A stretch of 32,000 nucleotides of DNA from Okeania sp. Lineage in GTDB: Bacteria; Cyanobacteriota; Cyanobacteriia; Cyanobacteriales; Microcoleaceae. The notes under the pieces were generated by a model. That model was given only the letters and a program-made list of their open reading frames with translations, did no database searches and was not told the origin of the DNA. Below are positions 24,814-32,000 of this stretch, in pieces; position 1 is the first letter of the stretch; each line of letters opens with the position of its first letter. Both the position numbers and the translations under genes were made by a program. The DNA is taken from assembly GCF_035285525.1 (NCBI RefSeq), contig NZ_JAYKGW010000182.1:29706-61705 (forward strand), read 5' to 3'.

Positions 24814-25100
24814 AAACAAGAAACCGGGTTTGTTACCGTGATATTTTTGTTGAAATCACGAAATTTCCGTAAAGAAAACCGATTTCTGCGTAATTCCTAA
24901 AACAATCAAGTCAATTATTTCCCCTGACCAAAAAATCAGGGCATGTGCCTCGCTTTTTCATCCCCTTAAAAAGCGGTCGTCAGCGGAGCTTCCCCAAGGC
25001 TGAGATGGATGGGTTCCTTAACCATATCCAATCGACCAAGAGAAATATTTAACTTCAGTATTTCAAACCTCCGAGTTTAGTTGGAAGTTCACTCTCTACT

Positions 25101-25121
25101 GATAACTGATAACTGATAACT
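25101..25121. repeat. Heptamer array GATAACT x3
   Basis: Read directly. Confidence 0.8.
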
Positions 25122-25161
25122 GAAATAACTCCCTATTCCGTTTTTCCAAGGATAATTAACA

Positions 25162-27408
25162 GTGCCGAATACTTCTCTATGGATTACAGGGCCGACTCTT
25201 AGTGGCAAAACAAATCGGTTAATACAAGAATTTCACTTCAGGGGTCAACAAATTCAATCTCCCCTAAATCAAGTTGTTCCCACAGGGGAGCAACAAAACT
25301 TTAGAAGCGATCGCTACAATCAAACTGAACCCCAAATATTAATCTTAGCTGCTAATGCAGAGAACCGGATGAACTTAATAGATCGAATTTCAGAGGCGAC
25401 ATCAGAACAATACCCCTATCGCTCAACTACTCCGTTAGGTTTTTTTGAAGATGAAGTCATCTTATTCTGGCCGTTGCTAATCCAAGCTTTAGATTTGAGG
25501 GGGCAATTTCCTTTGCGATTACGTCCTGAAACAGAGCAGGAACTTGCTAGCAGATTTTGGCGTCCTCAAATGGATAAACTACAACAACCTGGAGTCAATC
25601 AAGAACGGATGATACGTCGAACCCTAGATTTATTTCAGTTAGCTGCTTTCAGTTGTACTCCCACAGAAGAAATTGGAGTAATTTTACAAGAAGGATGGGA
25701 AGAAGTAGAAACTGATACAACTAGCGATGGAGGGAACTTCTATAATAATATAGTTGAATTACTTCAAGAGTGGCGAGATTGGTGTTGTCAAAGAGGTTTG
25801 CTAACTTATGGAATAATTACTGAGTTGTACTGGCGATATTTATTGCCAAACTCTACCTATCAGCAATATTTAATTAATCGTTATCCCTTTGTGTTAGCGG
25901 ATGATGTGGATGAATATCCAGCTATAACTTATCATTTGTTCGACTTTTTGTTAGATAATGGAACCTCTGGTGTTTTCACTTATAATCCTGATGGTAGTAT
26001 TAGACTGGGTTTGGGAGCAGATCCAGAATGTTTAGCACAACTACAGAAACGCTGCCAAATAGAAACCTTAGAGCCAGCTTATAATTTAGCACAAGAAATA
26101 GGGGAACCTATTGTAGAATTTATCGTCGATAACAATTTCAATAATCCTATTTATCAACTTCCAGGATTTTTTCAATCCATAGAAACTAGATCGCGAGCAG
26201 ATTTATTACGAGAAACAGCAGACATGATCGTTAAAGAAGTAAAACTGGGTATAGTAAAACCTGATGAAATAGCAATAATAGCTCCTGGTTTAGATGCGAT
26301 CGCTCGTTATAGTTTGATTTCTATTCTTAACTATGGTGGCATTGCTGTGGAATCTCTTAAAGAAAAACGTCCTCTAGTTACTTATCCGATGATTCGAGCA
26401 TTATTGAGTATTTTAACTCTAGTTTATCCTGGTTTAGGTCGCCTCGTAGATCGTGATGCTGTGGCAGAAATGCTGGTGGTATTAAGTCAGAGGTCGATTA
26501 GTAAACGAACTAAAAAAGATGAAAAAGATGGTCAGGAAAATTTACAAAAGACTAATGATATTGATCCAGTGCGAGCAGGTTTATTAGCAGATAACTGCTT
26601 TTATCCAGATATTAAAAATCCACATTTACTACCCATAGAGACTTTTTCTCGATGGGATAGGGTAGGATATCGAGCAACTCGAATTTATAATCGAATTTTA
26701 GAATGGATAGAAAAACAGCGATCGCAATACCAACAACGTCAACTACCAAGTCCTATCTTTTTACTGGATAGAGCAATTCAAAAATTTTTTACTTCTAGTT
26801 ATCTTTCTTTTGCTCAGTTATCAGCACTACGGGAGTTAATGGAAACAGCAACTCACTATTGGGAAGTAGAACGCAGACTGAAACAAAATTCCCAATTTCT
26901 CTTACCTGAAAAAATGAGTGATGACCCAGTGGAAGAAGATTTATCCTCCAATACGGTAGAAAAATTTATCCAATTCTTACGGAGAGGAGTTGTCGGTGCC
27001 AACCCATATCCAGTTTCTGCAATAAATTCCCCACCCGCAGTTACTTTGGCGACCATTTTTCAATACCGAGCTAGTCGCAAATATCATAAATGGCAATTTT
27101 GGTTAGATGTTGGCTCTCCTCTCTGGTTAAGTGGAGGTACTACTACTCTTTATGGAGCGCCATTATTTTTACAAGACCAATTAGGAAAATGTTGGACTAT
27201 TGAAAATACTCAAGAATCTAACCGGGAAAGATTGCGACGAATTTTGTTAGATTTATTAAGTCGTGTAGCTTATCCTGATTCTAGTTTAGTTAATGGAGCA
27301 AATGAACATCGAATTTACCTTTGTCATAGCGATTTGGCTGTCAATGGACAGGAACAAACAGGGCCACTTTTACCTCTAGTTTACGGTTCTATGTCTGATA
27401 CTGTTTAG
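25162..27408 (+). CDS. P-loop NTPase with SF1 (UvrD/AddB-like) helicase-type motif order; conserved hypothetical
   Basis: 748 aa with a GTG start 11 nt after AAGGA. It has an N-terminal Walker A (GPTLSGKT), a DExx-like VLADDVDEYP, IAIIAPGLD, and a late VTLATIFQYRASR block in the position of helicase motif VI. The motifs look degenerate. Confidence 0.6.
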   Translation: MPNTSLWITGPTLSGKTNRLIQEFHFRGQQIQSPLNQVVPTGEQQNFRSDRYNQTEPQILILAANAENRMNLIDRISEATSEQYPYRSTTPLGFFEDEVILFWPLLIQALDLRGQFPLRLRPETEQELASRFWRPQMDKLQQPGVNQERMIRRTLDLFQLAAFSCTPTEEIGVILQEGWEEVETDTTSDGGNFYNNIVELLQEWRDWCCQRGLLTYGIITELYWRYLLPNSTYQQYLINRYPFVLADDVDEYPAITYHLFDFLLDNGTSGVFTYNPDGSIRLGLGADPECLAQLQKRCQIETLEPAYNLAQEIGEPIVEFIVDNNFNNPIYQLPGFFQSIETRSRADLLRETADMIVKEVKLGIVKPDEIAIIAPGLDAIARYSLISILNYGGIAVESLKEKRPLVTYPMIRALLSILTLVYPGLGRLVDRDAVAEMLVVLSQRSISKRTKKDEKDGQENLQKTNDIDPVRAGLLADNCFYPDIKNPHLLPIETFSRWDRVGYRATRIYNRILEWIEKQRSQYQQRQLPSPIFLLDRAIQKFFTSSYLSFAQLSALRELMETATHYWEVERRLKQNSQFLLPEKMSDDPVEEDLSSNTVEKFIQFLRRGVVGANPYPVSAINSPPAVTLATIFQYRASRKYHKWQFWLDVGSPLWLSGGTTTLYGAPLFLQDQLGKCWTIENTQESNRERLRRILLDLLSRVAYPDSSLVNGANEHRIYLCHSDLAVNGQEQTGPLLPLVYGSMSDTV

Positions 27409-27435
27409 TTGGACAATTCAGAATAAATACTTATT

Positions 27436-27470
27436 AGGGAGTAGGGAGTAGGGAGTAGGGAGTAGGGAGT
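27436..27470. repeat. Heptamer STRR-like array GGGAGTA x5, followed by the palindrome GTAGGGACGTTCCATGCAACGTCCGTAC (27472-27499)
   Basis: Read directly. Confidence 0.85.
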
Positions 27471-27720
27471 AGGTAGGGACGTTCCATGCAACGTCCGTAC
27501 AGAGTCAATAGGAATCAGGAGTTGTAGAGAACCTACACGGTTCCCGATAAATCAGAAAAATTGTCCTTTGACTTGAGTGCCCCAATATAACCAAAATACT
27601 CACTTTTTTACCCAAAAGAGGCGAAAATCTGGTACTTTTATGGTTCCCGGATCGATCGCGACTAAAAAAGGCTAAAAGCATTAATATGTAAAGCTTTTAG
27701 ATTTATTCAGCCAGCCCTAA

Positions 27721-27757
27721 TTATTCCTAGAACTTTGTACTGTCTAGTAAGGAATAA
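27721..27757. repeat. Hairpin repeat TTATTCCT-N21-AGGAATAA; a second copy lies at 31801-31844
   Basis: A 31-nt block, TTATTCCTAGAACTTTG(T/C)ACTGTC(T/C)AGTAAG, is shared 29/31 between 27721-27751 and 31801-31831. One copy lies on each side of the RTX gene in the same orientation. Confidence 0.8.
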
Positions 27758-27761
27758 TTAA

Positions 27762-27896
27762 ACAGGACTTACCCATGATGAACGAGTTTTAGACATTTGA
27801 GATTGCTATCCTGACGGACTGCGACCCATTCATGTCGCGGAGCGAAACGCTGTCGCTCGTATCGGACAAAATTGCGTTGCCCGTGCGTAAGTCCTG
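27762..27896. mobile_element. MITE-like element with CAGGACTTAC..GTAAGTCCTG termini and a comparatively GC-rich interior
   Basis: The left end is CAGGACTTACCCATG and the right end CGTGCGTAAGTCCTG. The same terminal motif occurs in the 21139 element and as a solo copy at 22122-22133. Confidence 0.6.
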
Positions 27897-27990
27897 ATTA
27901 AAAACTAACTATTTGCTTACTATAAAAAAAGTTATTTGTCAATAAATACCCCAAACAAATTTAGATAATATTTTTAAAAGGAGAAAAAGA

Positions 27991-30900
27991 ATGGCAGGAG
28001 CCGGAGTAATTACAAATGTTCAAATAGTTACAGCCGAAATCAATGGCGTTCTCATACAAGGTTTCATTAACGATCAAGGTGAGTTTGAGCCATTACAACC
28101 AATACCAACAGCAACACCAGAACCCACAACAACAGATACAACAGATACAACAGATACAACAGATACAACAGATACACCAGATACAGAAGTTATCCAAGTC
28201 AGAGATGATAATGGCAACCTTATTGGTCTGATTATTGACGGTACTCTTGAGCTATTGCCAACACCATCACCAACACCAACACCAACCACTGAACCACTAC
28301 CACCACCAATAGCTGTAGATGACGAAGTGATAACTAATCAAAGCCAACAGGTCAGTTTTAATGTGCTAGAAAATGACATCGATCCTACAGCAAATGCCTT
28401 ATCTATAATCAACGTCAGCATACCAACAAATGGCTCGTTAGTTCAAAATGGCACAGGTACAGGTACTTTCACTTATACTCCTAGACAATTTTTTATTGGA
28501 GCGGACAGCTTTAGTTATGAGGTAAGTAATGGAGCCACAAGTTCACTAGGGACAGTTAATATTAAGGTTGTGAATGAAGGAGCACCTACGAGAGTTGAAG
28601 GATTATTTCAAGGTACTTTTGAGAATGAATTTTTAATTGGTGGTAGTCAAGCAGATGCGATCTTCGGATTAGGGGGTGATGATACAATATTTGGTGAAAC
28701 TGGGAGTGATGAAATTAGGGGAAATGAAGGTAATGATTGTTTGAACGGGGGTCGTGGCAATGATACAGTTGTAGGAAACCCAGGAAATGATAATGTTCGT
28801 GGGGGGAAAGATGATGATCTGGTTTTAGGAGAAGATGGTAATGATATTTTGTTCGGCGATCGCGATAATGATACTGTAAGTGGAGGAGATGGTAGAGATA
28901 CGGTATATGGTGGTAAAGATAATGATAATGTTTCTGGTGATGCCGGAAATGATTTTGTTTCTGGTGATGCTGGAGATGATTTTGTTTCTGGTGGAGATGG
29001 TAACGATACTGTTCTTGGTGCTGATGGTAATGATTTTGTTTCTGGTGGAACAGGAGATGATTCTGTTGGCGGTGGATTAGGTATTGATACTTTATTTGGA
29101 GATGGGGGAAGTGATACTATTTTGGGTGAAGAAGGGAATGATCAGATATCTGGTGGTTTGGGTAATGATTCTATCCTTGGTGGTTTAGGAGCAGATGTAA
29201 TTAGTGGTAATGAAGATAATGATTCCATATTTGGAGGTGAAGGTGACGATCTGGTTTTAGGAGATTCGGGTAATGATACTATAGAGGGTGGAGAGGGTAA
29301 TGACCTAGTTCAAGGAAATTCTGGTAATGACTCTTTATCAGGAGGTTTAGGTGTCGATACTATGATTGGTGGTGAGGGTAATGATACATTTTTTATTAGT
29401 TCTGAAAATGGTGGGTTGGAAATTTTTGAGGCAGATGTTATTTCTGACTTTAATGCTAGTACGGATTTAATTCGTTTAGGAGGTGGTCTAGGGTTTAATG
29501 ATTTAGTGATTTTCCAAAGTCCTAATGAGGCAAGTCGTGATACCATAATTCAGAATGGTTCTGATGGTCCTTTCCTTGCTATCTTGGTAGGAGTTGAAAG
29601 TAGCACTATTAATTCTGGTAATTTTATTGCTACTGGCGGATTCCCAGACCCGGTAGACCCGGTAGACCCGGTAGACCCCGTAGACCCCGTAGACCCGGTA
29701 GACCCGGTAGACCCCGTAGACCCGGTAGACCCCGTAGACCCCGTAGACCCGGTAGACCCCGTAGACCCGGTAGACCCGGTAGACCCCGTAGACCCGGTAG
29801 ACCCCGTAGACCCCGTAGACCCCGTAGACCTTATTCCCAACCTTCCACCTAGCGCAGAAAATGATGAAGTATTAACTAGCCAAAATACATCCGTAGAGTT
29901 CGATGTTTTAGCCAACGATTCCGATCTTAATGAGCAACCATTAACAGTAACAAGCTTTGGTTCAGTTACCAACGGACAATTAGTACAGACAAGCAATGGC
30001 ATATTGAAATACACTCCCAATCCTAACTTTGTTGGTATTGAGAGTTTCAGTTATAGTATTAGTGATGGGGATGGAGGAACTGACACTGCTATTGTGACAA
30101 TTGAAATTAACGAACCACCACAGTTAGTCAACAATACAGGTATAGTAGTACAAAAAGGTTCAGATTTAGAATCAGGTCTAGCATTCATTCGTAATAATAA
30201 TTTGCAAACATCAGATAATGACAATACTCCCGCCGAGTTAACTTACACACTTGTAACTGTTCCAGAATTTGGTGAACTCAGAATAGGAGACGGTCTGCGG
30301 TTACGACAGGGAGACACTTTCTCTCAACAAAACATTAACGATAGCTTACTACAATTTACTCCTGATAAGACAGACGCCAGTGACTCTTTCAGTTATACGG
30401 TTTCCGATCCTGCTGGTGGTCAAGTTCCTGTAACTTCATTCAGCATTGGTATTGTAGATAATACCAAGATATTAACTGCTGAAGCTGATAACTTTAATGG
30501 TGGTGTGATGAGCGATAATATTTTAGGGTTAGAAGGAGACGATATCATTAATGGTCGCGATGGCAAGGACTATATTAGTGGTGATGAAGGAAATGATTCT
30601 ATTCTTGGAGGAGCTGGTGATGACTGTCTATCTGGAGGTTCTCAACAAGATACTATCAGAGCAGGAGACGATAGCGATCTCATATTTGGTGGTGACAGTA
30701 ACGATCAACTGTTTGGGGATGGGGAAGATGACCGTCTTTTCGGCGAAGCAGGTAATGATTACTTGGAAGGAGGAGATGGTAACGATAGTATTGCTGGAGG
30801 AGATGGTGACGACTCTGTTGCGGGTGGAGGTGGTCAAGATAGTATAGCTGGTGATGCGGGTAATGATACTATTCGTGGTGGTGCTGATAACGACTCTATC

Positions 30901-31659
30901 ATTGGAGGGGAAGGTAATGATTTCATAGATGGTGGTGCTAATAACGATACTATTATTGGTGGTAATGGAGTAGACACTATTTCCGGTGGTTCAGAAAACG
31001 ACTCAATCTTCGGAAATGACGGTAACGACTCGATAGTTGGTGATGATGGTAATGATACTATAAATGCTGGTTCTGGTCAGGACATTGTTTTTGGTGACAT
31101 AGGAGATGATTTTATTCAAGGCGGTGAGAACAATGATGATATTGATGGTGGTGCTGGTAATGATACGATAGCTGGAGGTCTTGGTTCAGATAGGTTAACA
31201 GGTAGTGGGGGAAATGATTTCTTCTTTTATGAAGTCGCTGACCAAGGTGTTGATGTCATTGTTGATTTTGACAGCGAAGGAGGTGATGATACATTCCTAT
31301 TTAGAGCTGCTAATTTCGGGAATGTAACTAATGATGGTTTTTCTAGTGTAATTGTCCAAGATGAAAATGTTGGTTCTACAGGTTTGAGTATTGCTGATGC
31401 AGAGTTAATTATTTTTGAAGGTAAGTTTGATGATGTACAAGCAGTTAATGTTGGCTTAAATGTCCAAAATGGATCGGGTGATCGCCCTGGTTTCTTTGTT
31501 TACCTCAATAGTCCAACTAACAAATATGTTCTTGGTTATGATACTAATTTAGCAGATGATACTTTGCCTGCTTTTGAGTTGGGTATCCTTCAATCTGTTT
31601 CACCAGAGTCAGACCAAATTTCAACTGTTATTGAGGCGGATGATTTTAGATTTATATAA
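27991..31659 (+). CDS. Giant RTX (hemolysin-type calcium-binding repeat) / cadherin-like domain protein, probable type I secretion substrate
   Basis: 1222 aa with AAGGAG 8 nt upstream of the ATG and no N-terminal signal-peptide-like segment. Two long blocks of GGxGxD nonapeptide repeats lie at about 28640-29400 and 30495-31225. Two cadherin/VCBS-like modules ([39 protein letters not shown] and [48 protein letters not shown]) lie at about 28300-28575 and 29845-30120. Confidence 0.9.
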   Translation: MAGAGVITNVQIVTAEINGVLIQGFINDQGEFEPLQPIPTATPEPTTTDTTDTTDTTDTTDTPDTEVIQVRDDNGNLIGLIIDGTLELLPTPSPTPTPTTEPLPPPIAVDDEVITNQSQQVSFNVLENDIDPTANALSIINVSIPTNGSLVQNGTGTGTFTYTPRQFFIGADSFSYEVSNGATSSLGTVNIKVVNEGAPTRVEGLFQGTFENEFLIGGSQADAIFGLGGDDTIFGETGSDEIRGNEGNDCLNGGRGNDTVVGNPGNDNVRGGKDDDLVLGEDGNDILFGDRDNDTVSGGDGRDTVYGGKDNDNVSGDAGNDFVSGDAGDDFVSGGDGNDTVLGADGNDFVSGGTGDDSVGGGLGIDTLFGDGGSDTILGEEGNDQISGGLGNDSILGGLGADVISGNEDNDSIFGGEGDDLVLGDSGNDTIEGGEGNDLVQGNSGNDSLSGGLGVDTMIGGEGNDTFFISSENGGLEIFEADVISDFNASTDLIRLGGGLGFNDLVIFQSPNEASRDTIIQNGSDGPFLAILVGVESSTINSGNFIATGGFPDPVDPVDPVDPVDPVDPVDPVDPVDPVDPVDPVDPVDPVDPVDPVDPVDPVDPVDPVDPVDLIPNLPPSAENDEVLTSQNTSVEFDVLANDSDLNEQPLTVTSFGSVTNGQLVQTSNGILKYTPNPNFVGIESFSYSISDGDGGTDTAIVTIEINEPPQLVNNTGIVVQKGSDLESGLAFIRNNNLQTSDNDNTPAELTYTLVTVPEFGELRIGDGLRLRQGDTFSQQNINDSLLQFTPDKTDASDSFSYTVSDPAGGQVPVTSFSIGIVDNTKILTAEADNFNGGVMSDNILGLEGDDIINGRDGKDYISGDEGNDSILGGAGDDCLSGGSQQDTIRAGDDSDLIFGGDSNDQLFGDGEDDRLFGEAGNDYLEGGDGNDSIAGGDGDDSVAGGGGQDSIAGDAGNDTIRGGADNDSIIGGEGNDFIDGGANNDTIIGGNGVDTISGGSENDSIFGNDGNDSIVGDDGNDTINAGSGQDIVFGDIGDDFIQGGENNDDIDGGAGNDTIAGGLGSDRLTGSGGNDFFFYEVADQGVDVIVDFDSEGGDDTFLFRAANFGNVTNDGFSSVIVQDENVGSTGLSIADAELIIFEGKFDDVQAVNVGLNVQNGSGDRPGFFVYLNSPTNKYVLGYDTNLADDTLPAFELGILQSVSPESDQISTVIEADDFRFI
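28135..28188 (+). repeat. In-frame 9-bp tandem repeat GATACAACA (Asp-Thr-Thr) x4 plus 2 diverged units
   Basis: Read directly. It is followed by a [17 protein letters not shown] linker. Confidence 0.9.
29647..29826 (+). repeat. In-frame 9-bp tandem repeat GACCC(G/C)GTA x20, encoding (Asp-Pro-Val)20
   Basis: I counted 20 units. Only position 6 varies (Pro CCG vs CCC), in the order G G G C C G G C G C C G C G G C G C C C. Confidence 0.95.
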
Positions 31660-31836
31660 GTAACTGGAGAGTACAAAGTTATCCTAAAAAATTATTTGTT
31701 TTCAAGGGTTAAAGTATTACTGGTAAAGGCTTACCGCACCTACAGTTCTCAGTAGAAAGTTTCTAACTTTTAAATGGCTGAAATCCTTAGCTAGCAATAC
31801 TTATTCCTAGAACTTTGCACTGTCCAGTAAGTAAGA

Positions 31837-31864
31837 AGGAATAAGGAATAAGGAATAAGGAATA
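31837..31864. repeat. Heptamer array AGGAATA x4
   Basis: Read directly. Confidence 0.85.
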
Positions 31865-32000
31865 AGGAGAAAACACATCAGCTCAAACCACCAAGGAATT
31901 TATGCCTTAGCTCCAAGCTAAAGTTCAAGGAACTAATTTCACTTTCCACAAATCCGTTGAAGAAACCGGATTTGTTCTCAGCTAGAGAGCGATCGCTCTA

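Noticed and set aside
24917-25040. Reverse-transcriptase (retron, DGR or group II intron) relic, based on FIPLKSGRQRSFPKAEMDGFLNHIQ vaguely resembling RT motif 1 (IPK..G..R.L..P...DR..Q)
   Set aside because: Only about 25 residues are loosely similar, and no further RT motifs occur in any frame nearby. I saw no template/variable repeat pair matching any gene 3' end.
24995-25040. TPP riboswitch, because of a CTGAGA box
   Set aside because: The rest of the THI-box consensus (the ACCTGATCTGGATAATGCCAGCG-type element) is absent. The downstream gene is unrelated to thiamine.
29550-30020. 156-aa minus-strand ORF with a (GST)n repeat, plus the other ORFs overlapping the RTX gene (28043..28231, 28074..28289, 28880..29080, 29310..29546, 30551..30847, 30628..30837)
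   Set aside because: These are frame or strand shadows of the repetitive RTX gene. The (GST)n run is simply the reverse complement of the (DPV)20 repeat. The sense frame has coherent domain architecture and a good Shine-Dalgarno sequence.
1-32000. tRNA, rRNA, tmRNA or RNase P genes
   Set aside because: I scanned the intergenic regions for T-arm-like GGTTCGAATCC-type boxes and other conserved cores and found none. This was an eye scan only, so tRNAscan/Infernal should confirm it.

Overview
Visibly AT-rich chromosomal window that looks like a filamentous, Nostocales-type cyanobacterium. The basis is about 15 HIP1 GCGATCGC sites, many heptamer STRR-like arrays, an xisH/xisI pair, HpsE-family glycosyltransferases and a photosystem II S4-domain protein.

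Contents:
1. A split exopolysaccharide synthesis/modification locus at 1-5942 and 10176-14535. It has GT1 and GT2 glycosyltransferases, three HpsE-like paralogues (one destroyed by an IS remnant), a sulfotransferase, a translationally coupled nitroreductase-like/pyruvyl-transferase pair and a SAM methyltransferase.
2. Housekeeping genes interleaved with that locus or downstream of it: rpmB, htpG, the PSII S4-domain gene, serA and prmA.
3. A decayed accessory islet at 8.5-10 kb: an xisH pseudogene, an intact xisI and a KAP P-loop NTPase fragment.
4. A repeat-bounded accessory island at 20.5-25.2 kb. It holds MITE-like hairpin elements, two near-perfect tandem arrays (124-bp and 101-bp units), a Uma2-family endonuclease bracketed by 30-bp direct repeats, and a tandem pair of fragmenting NucS-like PD-(D/E)xK nuclease genes.
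5. A 748-aa P-loop, SF1-helicase-like protein.
6. A 1222-aa RTX/cadherin-like giant protein, a probable type I secretion substrate, with two 9-bp in-frame tandem repeats including (DPV)x20.

I found no rRNA, tRNA or CRISPR array. Nothing here is a clear-cut complete novel system. The best leads are the fragmenting nuclease module with its flanking tandem hairpin arrays, the nitroreductase/pyruvyl-transferase pair, and the repeat-length-variable RTX adhesin. All family assignments come from motif recognition by eye, with no database search.
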